Shown: one piece after another, positions 40,280 to 50,231 of the stretch
Numbering within the stretch: position 1 is the first letter of the stretch
How the letters are laid out: each line of letters begins with the position of its first letter
Origin: Blastocatellia bacterium
Lineage (GTDB): Bacteria; Acidobacteriota; Blastocatellia; UBA7656
Length of the DNA: 64,000 bases
Assembly (NCBI GenBank): GCA_963765495.1
Contig: CAVXWP010000001.1
Span: 384,001-448,000, forward strand
Reading direction: 5' to 3'
The notes under the pieces: model-generated
What the model saw: only the letters and a program-made list of their open reading frames with translations
Databases searched by the model: none
Told to the model about the DNA's origin: nothing
Program-made: the position numbers and the translations under genes

Positions 40280-41371
40280 TTACGGCCGGGCGACGCTGAA
40301 CTCGCTCGACAGCACCCCGTCTGAATTTTTCACCTGTATCAAGACAGATTCGCCTGCGGGCAGTTTCTTGATTTTCTTGCCCACTTTCTTGCCGACAAGC
40401 GTTGTCGGGGCTTGTCCGTCGTGGATGGTTTTTTGCTCTTTCCCGTTCATCAGGATTATCGCGCCGCCGTCGAAATTATGCCCTATCACTACCAGATTCT
40501 TTCCCGTGATTGTGGCGCTGTCGATGACGGGGTGATCGAAATCTGAGTTGGAGTCCTTATAGACTCGCACATAATCCACGGTCATGGTTTGCGGGAAGAT
40601 GGATGTTGAATCAGGGTTGCCCGGCCAGCCCCCGCCCACGGCCACGTTCAGCAGAATAAAGAATGGGTGGTCATAGACCCATCGCCCGCCCGAGGGGAGG
40701 TCTGCCGGAATCCTGGTCTCATAGAGTTTTCCGTCTACATAAAATCTGATGGCGGTCGGCTCCCATTCGATACCGAATACGTGAAAATCGTCTGAGAAAT
40801 GCTGGCCGTTTTCAAGCGAGATGGATGAGCCGATAGAGTTGCCGCCTGAATAGCCGGGGCCGTGAATGGTGCCGTACGCGGTGGACGGTTCGCGGCCTAT
40901 GTTTTCCATTATGTCTATCTCTCCGCAACCGGGCCAGCCGACCGCCCCAACGTCATTACCAAGCATCCAGAAGGCCGGCCATATCCCCTGACCAAACGGC
41001 ACCCGTATTCGCGCTTCGATGCGTCCATATCTCTGACTGAATTTCCCCTGCGTGAGCAGGCGAGCCGATGTGTAGCCGCGTTTTACACGATCAGCCCCCT
41101 TATAGTCTTCCTTGATGGCTTTTATGACGAGGTTCCCCTGTCCGTCAAGAAAAGCGTTTTCAGGACGATTCGTATAATATTCAAGCTCGTTATTGCCCCA
41201 TCCGTTTCCGCCTATGTCGTAATTCCATTTCGTAGGATCAGGAACCGAACCCGCCGGGCCGTCAAATTCGTCGGACCAGACGAGCGTCCAGTCCTGCGCC
41301 TTCGCAGTCCCGGCCTGCGCAATCATCCAGACAAAAAATGCGGCAACGATCAAATATTGCTTTCTATTCAT
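40280..41371 (-). CDS. GH16 laminarinase / beta-glucanase with C-terminal Ig-like domain
   Basis: LVWSDEFDG, WPAFWMLG, GEIDIME catalytic motif, LNVAVGG, VDYVRVY. Confidence 0.93.
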   Translation of the reverse strand: MNRKQYLIVAAFFVWMIAQAGTAKAQDWTLVWSDEFDGPAGSVPDPTKWNYDIGGNGWGNNELEYYTNRPENAFLDGQGNLVIKAIKEDYKGADRVKRGYTSARLLTQGKFSQRYGRIEARIRVPFGQGIWPAFWMLGNDVGAVGWPGCGEIDIMENIGREPSTAYGTIHGPGYSGGNSIGSSISLENGQHFSDDFHVFGIEWEPTAIRFYVDGKLYETRIPADLPSGGRWVYDHPFFILLNVAVGGGWPGNPDSTSIFPQTMTVDYVRVYKDSNSDFDHPVIDSATITGKNLVVIGHNFDGGAIILMNGKEQKTIHDGQAPTTLVGKKVGKKIKKLPAGESVLIQVKNSDGVLSSEFSVARP

Positions 41372-41382
41372 ACTCGCCCCAA

Positions 41383-41482
41383 TGATAAGTGATTCGTGAT
41401 GCGCGATTCGTGATAGTCAGGTACATGACTGTTAACAGTCAATTGAATATTTCACGAATCACGCGTCACGAATCACTTATCA
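41383..41482. repeat. Heptamer-arm inverted-repeat element, copy 6
   Basis: TGATAAGTGATTCGTGATGCGCGATTCGTGA...TCACGAATCACGCGTCACGAATCACTTATCA. Confidence 0.85.
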
Positions 41483-41487
41483 GCCCT

Positions 41488-43356
41488 TTAGTAAGTCAAT
41501 CCGAACCCGTATTTGAAGAGAGGGTCATAGTTGGCGTCTCCGACATTGATCGGAATTTGAGCCATCGAGCGCGGCCAGGAAACCGAGAGCTTGCCCGTGG
41601 GCTTGTAATCGCCAAACAAAACATCCGTCACTCCTTCGCCTTCCGTACCGGGCAGCCACGCGGCTACGAAGCCGTCGCATTTGTCCCAGACCTGATCGAT
41701 GATCATGGGCCGTCCCGACAACAGCACTACCACTACAGGGATGCCCGCCTTCTTCATGTTTTCAATCGCGGCTACATCTTCCTTGTCGAGCGTTAAATCT
41801 TCTCGGTCGCCCATCATCTCGGCATAGGGCGTTTCGCCTACGACCACTATACCGATATTTGCGCCCTCGGCCCCCGATCCGTCCTTTGAAAAAGTGACCT
41901 TCGTATTCTTTGAGACCGATTTTTGAATGGCGCTCAGGATGGTCGTCCCACCCGTCGTCACATTCCCTGTTTCGCCCTGCCACGTTATAGTCCAGCCGCC
42001 GCACTGATTTCCAATATTATCGGCGCTCTTGCCCCCGACGTGTATTCGGGCGAGCTTTTTGGAAACGGGCAACGCTTTGTTTTCGTTCTTGAGCAGGACT
42101 AAGGATTGGCGCACACACTCGCGCGCCACCTGCCGGTGCGCGGCGGAGCCAAAGGATTTTTGCAACTTCCTGTCGGCCAGAAGCGATGCGCCTTTATCCA
42201 TCATTCCCATAGCGAATTTGACGCGCAATATGCGCCGCACGGCATCGTCAATCCGCGACATAGGAACTTTCCCTTCTTTGACAAGGTCTCTCAGAGTGTT
42301 AAAGAACTCCTCATATTTGCCGGGAACCATAACCATATCCATACCGGCGTTTATTGATTGCTCCACATCGCTTTTGTAATCTCCGGGCAACTGATCGATG
42401 GCCGCGTAATCAGAGATCAAAAAACCTTCAAAGCCCAGCTCCCCTTTCAGTATCTCGGTCAGCAATCTCTTGCTGCCCGAACATTTCTCTCCGTTCCAAC
42501 TGTTATACGAGGGCATGATCGAGCCTACACCGGCCTGTATCGCGGGGATATAGCCCTGCATATGAAGCTCTCTGAGTTCGACTTCGCTCAACCGCGTATC
42601 GCCCTGATCGAGCGGGAAGCGGTCGGAGGTTCCCTGTTTTGGCACCCCGGTTCCCCAGCTTGTGCCGCCGTCTCCGACAAAATGTTTCGCGCAGGCCAGA
42701 ACGCTCAGTCGCCCCCCGAGATCATCTCCCTGAAGCCCCTTCACGGCAGGGCCGCCGAGCATCTTTGCAAGCTCGGGAGTCTCGCCGTATCCTTCGTAAC
42801 TCCTGCCCCATCGTTCGTCACGGGGTACGGTCACACACGGAGCAAAGGCCCAGTTGATCCCGGTCGCTTTGACCTCTTCGGCGGTTACGCGAGAAGCCTT
42901 TTCGACCAGTTCGGGATTTCTCGTGCACCCGAGCCCGATGTTATGCGGGAAGACAACAGCGCCCAGCACGTTGTTGTGCCCGTGTACGGCATCCACGCCG
43001 TAGAGAATAGGTATTCCAAGACGGGTCTTCATCGCGTGAGTCTGATACTCGTCATACATATCGGTCCAGGCTTGCAGACTGTTTCCCGCCTTGGGGTCCG
43101 AATTTCCCCCGCTAAGTAGCGAGCCGAGAAAAAATTTCTGAATATCATTGACATCTTTGAGCGCGCTCTGTTCGGCCTGAGTCATCTGCCCGATCTTCTC
43201 TTCGAGCGTCATCTTTGATAATAGTTCGTTGACCTTCTCGTCATAGGAAGAGAGCGGTTTTGGACTCGTCGAGCGAACAGGTTTACGTTCTGCCGGCACT
43301 CTGGGGAAAGCGGCGCTCACGAGTACCAGGAGAATGATGGCGCTGAATATCTTCAT
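41488..43356 (-). CDS. GH3 beta-glucosidase / exo-1,3-1,4-glucanase
   Basis: [30 protein letters not shown] nucleophile, GETPYAE. Confidence 0.93.
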   Translation of the reverse strand: MKIFSAIILLVLVSAAFPRVPAERKPVRSTSPKPLSSYDEKVNELLSKMTLEEKIGQMTQAEQSALKDVNDIQKFFLGSLLSGGNSDPKAGNSLQAWTDMYDEYQTHAMKTRLGIPILYGVDAVHGHNNVLGAVVFPHNIGLGCTRNPELVEKASRVTAEEVKATGINWAFAPCVTVPRDERWGRSYEGYGETPELAKMLGGPAVKGLQGDDLGGRLSVLACAKHFVGDGGTSWGTGVPKQGTSDRFPLDQGDTRLSEVELRELHMQGYIPAIQAGVGSIMPSYNSWNGEKCSGSKRLLTEILKGELGFEGFLISDYAAIDQLPGDYKSDVEQSINAGMDMVMVPGKYEEFFNTLRDLVKEGKVPMSRIDDAVRRILRVKFAMGMMDKGASLLADRKLQKSFGSAAHRQVARECVRQSLVLLKNENKALPVSKKLARIHVGGKSADNIGNQCGGWTITWQGETGNVTTGGTTILSAIQKSVSKNTKVTFSKDGSGAEGANIGIVVVGETPYAEMMGDREDLTLDKEDVAAIENMKKAGIPVVVVLLSGRPMIIDQVWDKCDGFVAAWLPGTEGEGVTDVLFGDYKPTGKLSVSWPRSMAQIPINVGDANYDPLFKYGFGLTY

Positions 43357-44039
43357 GTTATCTCTCCTTAGCAAGTATTTTTATGATTCTTCAAGTTATT
43401 GCTCAACAAGCTGTTTGCAAGTTTAGACAATAGCAAATATTCGCAAATTTTGCCCGTCTTTCAATTGAAAAAATTTGAGTGGTTGTGAATCGAGCGGCGA
43501 TTGATGCGGGCTTTCAAGTTTGCGCCGGGCCTTGAGGGAAGGTCCATAGCTCAAAATGAGGATGCGGCAAGCAGTTTCGATTGCGCGAAACCGGCACCGC
43601 ATCCTCTTCAACCAGTGCCAGCAAGTTCTCACTGAAGCTGTAATCACTGGGCACCACGCTCACATCTGTATCCGGCCCGCCTACGCCGCTGCTATTTGCG
43701 TTTTCACCGTCCGCTCACGGGTGCGCGGCCATAAGCCTTTATCGTCTTCCCGGTCCTAAACTCTTTAAGGTCCGTGATTTTGATCAGGCTCATCCCCTGA
43801 AAGGCTTGATATGCCTTGAGCCTGCCCGGTCACGAATCTTTGGTTTCAGGAAAGACCCAGAAACCGCAGAGCCGAATCAATACCAGTCAAATAGTGTCAA
43901 AATATCGCAGGTCTCTTATCCTAAACCATTTTCGGGTCGTCGTGGTAGTTAATTGGAGTATCATGGTGTTACTTTCATTAACGCCAATAAAAGCAATCAA
44001 TTACGAACAAGATGTTACATCCTTCAGGCAACATGTTTC

Positions 44040-44173
44040 TGATGCGCGAAGTGTGATGCGCTCGCTGATAGGTGATGAGTGATGCGTGACTATCAGGTAG
44101 ACCACAGTATTAAGATTACCCGCAAGCCTGCTGAATCACTCATCACTCATCAGGCATCACTTTTCACGTATCA
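44040..44173. repeat. Heptamer-arm inverted-repeat element, copy 7 (core inverted relative to copies 8 and 9)
   Basis: Reverse complement of the core is GTGATTCAGCAGGCTTGCGGGTAATCTTAATACTGTGGTCTACCTGATAGTCAC. Confidence 0.85.
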
Positions 44174-44176
44174 GCA

Positions 44177-44204
44177 TTGACGAATCAGGGGAAGTGGATA
44201 AAAT
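44177..44204 (+). promoter_or_regulatory. Sigma70 promoter
   Basis: TTGACG-N16-TAAAAT, 8 nt before ATG 44213. Confidence 0.55.
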
Positions 44205-44212
44205 AGGGCGCT

Positions 44213-45970
44213 ATGAAAACGGCTCGCGTATTGATCTCGCTAATTCTTTCGCTTGTGGTTGTATTTTTGGCCTCCGCGCAGACACCAAAATATCCGGCCT
44301 CGCCCGACTCGAAGCCTCAAGACGGGGTGCCGAAAGGCGAAATCCTCAAATTCAGCTTTGACCATTCAAAGATTTTCCCGGGCACTTATCGCGATTACTG
44401 GGTATACGTGCCCGCCCAGTACACGCCCGATCACCCGGCCTGTCTTTATGTGAATCAGGACGGCATACAGTGGGAAGCGCCTACGGTCTTTGACAATCTC
44501 ATCTACAAAAAAGAGATGCCTGTGACCATAGGTGTCTTTGTGATGCACGGGCGAGTCAAGGCCCGTGACGACAACGCCGCGCTTGACAGGTTCAATCGCA
44601 GTTATGAATACGACGGCCTCGGAGACAATTACGTCAGGTTTCTGCTTGAAGAACTTCTTCCCGAAGTCGAGACGAAGAAGACATCTGACGGCAGAGCGAT
44701 CAGGCTTTCGCCGAGAGCCGAGGACCGCGCCATTGGAGGGTCGAGCAGCGGCGCAATCTGCGCCTTCACAGCCGCCTGGGAACGGCCCGACGCCTTTAGC
44801 CGTGTATTCAGCGCGATAGGCACTTACGTAGGGTTGCGCGGCGGCGACCGTTACCCCACACTCGTCCGAAAATACGAGCCAAAGCCGATTCGCGTCTTCT
44901 TGCAGGATGGTTCAGGCGATCTGAATATCTACGCGGGCGACTGGTGGATGGTGAATCAGACGATGGAGCGCGCGCTTAAATTTGCGGGCTACGAAGTCGA
45001 GCACGTCTGGGGCGAAGGCGGCCACAACGGGGAACACGGTACGTCGATCTTTCCCGATGCGATGCGATGGCTCTGGAAAGACTGGCCGCAACCCGTAAGA
45101 AACGGGCAGACAAATAACAACACTCTCAAAGAGATTCTGATTCCGGGCGAAGGGTGGCAGCTTGTGGGTGAAGGCTATACATCTGCCGCAGGCCCCGCGA
45201 CAAATGCGAGCGGAGAAGTATTCTTCACCGACGCAGCAAGCAACAAGTCTTACAGAATCGGGCTTGACGGCAAGGTGAGCCCGTTTAGTGCCGGTTCAAA
45301 GAAGAGCAGGGAACAGGCATTCGGCCCGGACAGGCGACTTTTCACAATCGCGGGTGACGGGAAAAAGATCATCGCCTATGATTCGGCGGGCAAGGCTTCG
45401 TCCGTCGCTGATGTCGCTGCTGCTCGCGACATAGTTGTAGCAAACAACGGAAATATTTATGTAACAGACGGGGGGCCAAACAGCGATGCGAGCAGGATAT
45501 GGCTCATCAAACCGAGCGGGGGAGGAAAGGTAGTAGACACAATATCCGGCTTTGCAAACGGCATCACGCTATCGCCCGACCAGACCTTGCTTTACGCAAA
45601 CGACAGCCGCGCCCACTGGGTTTACAGTTACCAGATACAGCCGGACGGATCATTAGAGTTCAAGCAGCGCTATTACTGGTTGCACGTACCCGACACGGCC
45701 GAAGACAGCGGGGCAGGCGGCATGTGCACGGATTACGACGGACGCCTTTACGTTGCGTCGCGGCTCGGCATACAGATTTGCGATCAGGCCGGGAGGGTCA
45801 ACTGCATCATCCCTACGCCAAACGGCAAAGTATCGAGCATATGTCTTGGAGGCGACAAATTCGACACGCTTTATGCGACCTGCGGCGAAAAGGTTTACCG
45901 CCGCAAGCTGAAAGTCAGAGGGGCACAGGCGTGGGACGCGCCGCACAAGCCCACCGCTCCCAGATTGTAA
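44213..45970 (+). CDS. Esterase (Fes-like alpha/beta hydrolase) fused to an SMP-30/gluconolactonase domain
   Basis: YWVYVPAQY, GSSSG nucleophile elbow; NGITLSPDQ, GMCTDYDGRLYV. Confidence 0.88.
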   Translation: MKTARVLISLILSLVVVFLASAQTPKYPASPDSKPQDGVPKGEILKFSFDHSKIFPGTYRDYWVYVPAQYTPDHPACLYVNQDGIQWEAPTVFDNLIYKKEMPVTIGVFVMHGRVKARDDNAALDRFNRSYEYDGLGDNYVRFLLEELLPEVETKKTSDGRAIRLSPRAEDRAIGGSSSGAICAFTAAWERPDAFSRVFSAIGTYVGLRGGDRYPTLVRKYEPKPIRVFLQDGSGDLNIYAGDWWMVNQTMERALKFAGYEVEHVWGEGGHNGEHGTSIFPDAMRWLWKDWPQPVRNGQTNNNTLKEILIPGEGWQLVGEGYTSAAGPATNASGEVFFTDAASNKSYRIGLDGKVSPFSAGSKKSREQAFGPDRRLFTIAGDGKKIIAYDSAGKASSVADVAAARDIVVANNGNIYVTDGGPNSDASRIWLIKPSGGGKVVDTISGFANGITLSPDQTLLYANDSRAHWVYSYQIQPDGSLEFKQRYYWLHVPDTAEDSGAGGMCTDYDGRLYVASRLGIQICDQAGRVNCIIPTPNGKVSSICLGGDKFDTLYATCGEKVYRRKLKVRGAQAWDAPHKPTAPRL

Positions 45971-45974
45971 TCGA

Positions 45975-46037
45975 GCAGTAGGGGGTAGGCAGTGATTGCG
46001 CCCCGGAGGGGCGCAATCACTGCCTACCCCCTACTGC
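45975..46037. terminator. Perfect 30-bp hairpin, probable bidirectional terminator
   Basis: GCAGTAGGGGGTAGGCAGTGATTGCGCCCC-gga-exact reverse complement. Confidence 0.8.
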
Positions 46038-47519
46038 GAGGCGCATAATGGCCTCTTCGCTGCACTCGCTGCGTTCGAGGATGCCTGTGATGTTTCCTTC
46101 GTGCATGACGGCTACACGGTCGCTCTCTCCGAGAACCTCTTCCATGTCGCTGCTGATCATAATTATCGCAACGCCGCCCTCGGCAAGCTTGCGCATCAGA
46201 TCATAGATTTCCGCCTTCGCGCCTACATCAATCCCCCGCGTAGGCTCGTCGAAAATCAGCACCTTGGGCGAAAGCGACAACCATTTGGCAAGCACGACTT
46301 TCTGCTGATTGCCGCCGCTCAGGTTTGCCGCCTTCACTTCGATAGAAGGCGTTTTGACATTCAGTTTCTTGCACATCTCGGAAGCCTTTTTTCGCTCCGC
46401 GTTTCGATCAATAAGCCCGCCCGAAGCAAAGCCGGATAGAGACGGCAGGGTTATGTTTTCACGGATAGCCATCTCTAAAACGAGGCCGTGTTTGCGCCTG
46501 TCTTCCGACACAAGATAAATTCCATGCGCAATGGCATCCTGAGCCGAAAAGATTTTGATCGGCTCACCGTCAAGCGACACCGTACCTTCAAGGGCGGGTT
46601 CTACTCCGAAAACCGCCTGCGCCACTTCCGATCTTCCCGCTCCGACAAGTCCGGCAAGCCCGAGTATCTCTCCCTGCCCGACATCGAGCGAGACTGCCTG
46701 CCCCGGGTAACGCTTTGTGCGCAGGTTGCGAATCTGAAAAAAATTGGGTTGTGCCGATGTCGTGGGATGGACGTAAAAATGATTCAAATCGCGCCCCACC
46801 ATCAGCCTCACGATGGAGTCGTGATTTATCTGGTCGCGCGCGAGCACCCCGGCGTTGCGCCCGTCGCGCAGGACGACTACGCGGTCGGCAAGATCGGTGA
46901 TTTCACCAAGCCTGTGCGAGATGTAAATTATGCTGACGCCCTGCTCTCTCAATTCCTTTGCGACCTCAAGCAGGCGGTCGGTTTCCGTAAGCGTGAGGCT
47001 CGACGTAGGCTCATCCATAATCAGGATGCGGGCGTTCAAGGAAAGCGCCTTGGCGATCTCGACCATCTGTTGCTGCGCGATTGACAGGCTCTTGAGCGGT
47101 CTGCGGCTCGACACATCGAGCCCAAGCCGTTTGAGGTAAACATCGGCCTCAGTATACATCTTCTGGCGGTCGACAAGTCTGAGCGGCCCTCCCCAAAAGG
47201 GCTCGCGACCGAGAAAGACATTCCCGGCAATATCCAGGTTATCGAGTACGTTCAATTCCTGATGTATAAAGCCGATGCCCCGGCTGATTGCATCCGAAAC
47301 CGAACGGATAGCTGTCTCTTCGCCGCCGATGCGAATCCGGCCTTTGTCGGGCTGGTGAACGCCTCCGAGGATTTTCATCAGCGTAGACTTGCCCGCGCCA
47401 TTCTCTCCGGCAAGGGCTACGATCTCGCCCGGATGGACTTCCATATCTACTTCATCAAGGGCGATGACGCCGGGGAACCTTTTACAGATTCCTTTCATTT
47501 CGAGAATAGGGTTGGTCAT
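46017..47519 (-). CDS. Monosaccharide ABC transporter ATP-binding protein (RbsA-like)
   Basis: GENGAGKST, MDEPT, LSGGNQQK, DEPTRGIDVGAK; start moved to ATG 47519. Confidence 0.93.
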   Translation of the reverse strand: MTNPILEMKGICKRFPGVIALDEVDMEVHPGEIVALAGENGAGKSTLMKILGGVHQPDKGRIRIGGEETAIRSVSDAISRGIGFIHQELNVLDNLDIAGNVFLGREPFWGGPLRLVDRQKMYTEADVYLKRLGLDVSSRRPLKSLSIAQQQMVEIAKALSLNARILIMDEPTSSLTLTETDRLLEVAKELREQGVSIIYISHRLGEITDLADRVVVLRDGRNAGVLARDQINHDSIVRLMVGRDLNHFYVHPTTSAQPNFFQIRNLRTKRYPGQAVSLDVGQGEILGLAGLVGAGRSEVAQAVFGVEPALEGTVSLDGEPIKIFSAQDAIAHGIYLVSEDRRKHGLVLEMAIRENITLPSLSGFASGGLIDRNAERKKASEMCKKLNVKTPSIEVKAANLSGGNQQKVVLAKWLSLSPKVLIFDEPTRGIDVGAKAEIYDLMRKLAEGGVAIIMISSDMEEVLGESDRVAVMHEGNITGILERSECSEEAIMRLAVGGRQ

Positions 47520-47543
47520 TACTTTGGTTTCTCTAGGCCGCAG

Positions 47544-47663
47544 GTGATGCGCTGGCTGATGCGCTGGTTGATGCGTGATTCGTGATCCGTGATTCAGCAG
47601 GCTTGAGAGTGATCTTAATACTTTGGCCCGCCTGACAGTCACGCATCACGCATCACGCATCAT
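47544..47663. repeat. Heptamer-arm inverted-repeat element, copy 8, inside the ABC operon
   Basis: Core GTGATTCAGCAGGCTTGAGAGTGATCTTAATACTTTGGCCCGCCTGACAGTCAC. Confidence 0.88.
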
Positions 47664-47670
47664 CGCCGAT

Positions 47671-48663
47671 TTAGCTTCGACCGCGAAGCTGATTGATCTT
47701 GGCGCTGAATGCGTCAACATCGTCCTTCTTGATGACGAGCGTCGGAACAATCACCTGTTTGTTGGCCGGTATCACGGATTTGTCTCCGCTCAACACTTTC
47801 GCGAGCAACTGCACCGATTGATATCCGAACTCGAAAGGCTGTTGGACGACGGTGGCGTAAATAGAGCCTTCTTTTACTCCCGCGAGCGTTTCGGCTTCTT
47901 CATCGAAAGAGACGACCTTGATCTGACCCACCTTGCCCGCGTCCTTCAGCGCGCCCAGGATGGCCGGGCCGTTGTAGCTCCACAGCCCTACCAGACACAC
48001 GATATCGGGGTATTTGACCAGCGTGTCAGAGACATTCGCCTTGGCTCGCACCCGGTCGGCATCGTCCGTGCGTACGTCTATGATTTGAATATTCGACCCT
48101 TGAATCGCTTCCTTGATGCCCTGAAGACGCTCTTGAGCATTACGGGCATCGAGCTTGCCTACAAAGACCATGATCTTGCCTCCCTGAGGGAGGACTTCTT
48201 TGATCAACTGGCCCGCCTGTCGCCCGGCCGCCACGTTGTCTGTGCCCACGTAGCAGGCGCGGTCGCTTTGCGGCGCATCGCTGTCCTGGGTTACGACGAC
48301 GATCTGTTTGGATATATCGTTGATCATCTGGGTTTGGTTGTCTGGGTCAACGGGGCTTATGGCGATGCCGGAGACGCCTTTAGCCATAAGGTCGTCAATT
48401 ATGCGGCGCTGCTCGGCCGCCGTACCGTCGGACGGTATCTTAAATTCGACTTCTATATTGGCAAGCTCGGAGTCGGCCTTCTCGCACCCTTTGCGCGCAA
48501 TCGTCCAGAAATCGGAGGCGTTGTTGGTCACAAAGGCTACCTTGTAGTTACTTCCCGCGCCAGCCCCCCCGGAGGAAGGGCTTCCAGAAGGCGAGCAGGA
48601 AACAAACAGCATACAAACAAGCGCGCACAAAAAGGCGAGCGCTGAACGGGAAAATTTCATCAT
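47671..48663 (-). CDS. Sugar ABC transporter substrate-binding lipoprotein (RbsB-like)
   Basis: Lipobox FVSC, FWTIARKG, YVGTDN, VVQQPFEFGY. Confidence 0.92.
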   Translation of the reverse strand: MMKFSRSALAFLCALVCMLFVSCSPSGSPSSGGAGAGSNYKVAFVTNNASDFWTIARKGCEKADSELANIEVEFKIPSDGTAAEQRRIIDDLMAKGVSGIAISPVDPDNQTQMINDISKQIVVVTQDSDAPQSDRACYVGTDNVAAGRQAGQLIKEVLPQGGKIMVFVGKLDARNAQERLQGIKEAIQGSNIQIIDVRTDDADRVRAKANVSDTLVKYPDIVCLVGLWSYNGPAILGALKDAGKVGQIKVVSFDEEAETLAGVKEGSIYATVVQQPFEFGYQSVQLLAKVLSGDKSVIPANKQVIVPTLVIKKDDVDAFSAKINQLRGRS

Positions 48664-48730
48664 ATCCTCCTATCAAATTCCATAACTGATCTTCTATGTT
48701 CGAATAATATTCCGGTCAAAGACGCGGCTC

Positions 48731-49714
48731 CTACGCGCTTGCAGGAGTGCTTGCCTGCGGCGCTACGTGTTTTGTCCTGGCCGCGCGCCGTTGAAGTATC
48801 TGATCGCCGATGACGCCAAGCAGAATCACGGCTCCCATCACGGCGAAATTGAGCGAAGACGGGACGCCCAGAAGGTTGACCAGATTTTGTAAGACCTGCA
48901 AAAGCGCCGTGCCTATCAGGACGCCGATGATCGAGCCTTCGCCGCCGCGCAGGCTGCAACCTCCAAGCACCGCCGCCGCTATGCCGTATAACTCAAAGAA
49001 ATTGCCGTGTGATGAGGGCGATACCGAGTTTGTGTAGAAGGCAAAGATGATGGCTGAAAACCCGGCCAGCAGGCCCAGAATCACATAGGCTCCGGTGATT
49101 ATTCTCTGCGCATTTATACCCGAATAACGCGCCGCCTCTTCGTTGCGCCCGACGGCAAAGAGATAGCGGCCATAAACCGACCGATGCAACACGACCCACA
49201 TGATCAGGCTGATTATTATCAGCAGCACAAAGGGCGTAGGAATTCCGAGAAAACTCCCGGTCGCAAGATTCTGCAAGCCCTCAAACCCCACGGCGTTGCC
49301 GAATCCCTTCGTTTCATCGTTTGCGATAAAGCGCGCCAGCCCGCGATAAAACAGCAATCCGCATAGCGTGACGATGAAAGGCTGCAACCCGAGCCGCGTA
49401 ATCAGCAGACCGTGTATGAGGCCAAGCCCCATAGCGATGCCGAGCACGGCCGTGACCGCAAGCGCAGCAGGCCATCCCCACTCCACAAGCATCATCGACA
49501 GCAATACGCCAAGAAGGGCGAAGACCGAGCCTACGGAAAGATCTATGCCGCCCGTGATGATCACTATTCCAAGTCCTATGCTGAATATGCCGTAAGCGCC
49601 TATGAGCCGCATCATATTTTGCAGATTTGGCCCGGAGAGAAAGCGCGGGTTGAGGACGGAAACGACTATGCACAGGATAACGAGCAGAAGAAACGTGCCG
49701 AGTTCTTTTTTCAT
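48731..49714 (-). CDS. Sugar ABC transporter permease (RbsC-like)
   Basis: GGIDLSVG, AVGRNEEAARYSG, IAAAVLGG. Confidence 0.93.
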   Translation of the reverse strand: MKKELGTFLLLVILCIVVSVLNPRFLSGPNLQNMMRLIGAYGIFSIGLGIVIITGGIDLSVGSVFALLGVLLSMMLVEWGWPAALAVTAVLGIAMGLGLIHGLLITRLGLQPFIVTLCGLLFYRGLARFIANDETKGFGNAVGFEGLQNLATGSFLGIPTPFVLLIIISLIMWVVLHRSVYGRYLFAVGRNEEAARYSGINAQRIITGAYVILGLLAGFSAIIFAFYTNSVSPSSHGNFFELYGIAAAVLGGCSLRGGEGSIIGVLIGTALLQVLQNLVNLLGVPSSLNFAVMGAVILLGVIGDQILQRRAARTKHVAPQASTPASA

Positions 49715-49870
49715 AAACTCAAGTCCGAAATCTGGTTTTACAGCGAATAATTACAGGTGACAGGTCGAAAGGATACTTTATTTATCATTTCTAGCCAAGC
49801 CCTCAGAGCCATTTAATTTCCGGACGGACCTTTCGGAGTCACACGAGGCCATTGATTGCCTGATGAGAAA

Positions 49871-49932
49871 CTTTGCGTTTCTTTGCGTACTTTGTGCCTT
49901 TGCGAGCAAATGAACCTCGCAAAGATACAAGG
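49871..49932. repeat. CTTTGCG/CGCAAAG-type repeat, second copy
   Basis: CTTTGCGTTTCTTTGCGTACTTTGTGCCTTTGCGAG...CTCGCAAAG. Confidence 0.65.
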
Positions 49933-49964
49933 AATGATCTCTTTCTCACCCGTTCTTGACCGGC

Positions 49965-50120
49965 CAGGGCTATAACAAAGTGGCTCGACAGGTATTGTAG
50001 GGGCAGGGCTTGTCCCTGCCCGAATCGCGCGTTAGCGCGATGACTGTCATCGCCATTTGGGCGATCCGGGCAGGGACAAGCCCTGCCCCTACATCTTCAC
50101 CCGACTTTGTTACAGCCCTG
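49965..50120. mobile_element. 156-bp MITE (ISAs1-like CAGGG ends) with a 10-bp target-site duplication
   Basis: TIRs CAGGGCTATAACAAAGT / ACTTTGTTACAGCCCTG (16 of 17 match); CTTGACCGGC at 49955-49964 and 50121-50130. Confidence 0.85.
49996..50093. repeat. GTAG-family REP doublet (REPIN-like) inside the MITE
   Basis: TGTAGGGGCAGGGCTTGTCCCTGCCCG and its exact 27-nt reverse complement, with two small internal hairpins. Confidence 0.85.
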
Positions 50121-50138
50121 CTTGACCGGCGGATGGAA

Positions 50139-50167
50139 TTGACTCACGAATTTGCCTCCCATATACT
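50139..50167 (+). promoter_or_regulatory. Sigma70 promoter of the DUF1592-DUF1552-GH9 genes
   Basis: TTGACT-N17-TATACT. Confidence 0.7.
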
Positions 50168-50231
50168 CAAACTTTCATCAAAAGCTCTTGTGTTGTGGCC
50201 ATGTATGTTAGAGGTATTTAGAGGGGAGATT

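Noticed and set aside
47520-47642. N-terminal extension of the ABC ATPase (541-aa ORF call)
   Set aside because: The extension is translated repeat element (HGSRITHQPAHQ); family similarity starts at MTNPIL (47519).
50010-50231. N-terminal extension of DUF1592 (909-aa ORF call)
   Set aside because: It runs through the MITE and promoter; the signal peptide and RBS point to ATG 50232.
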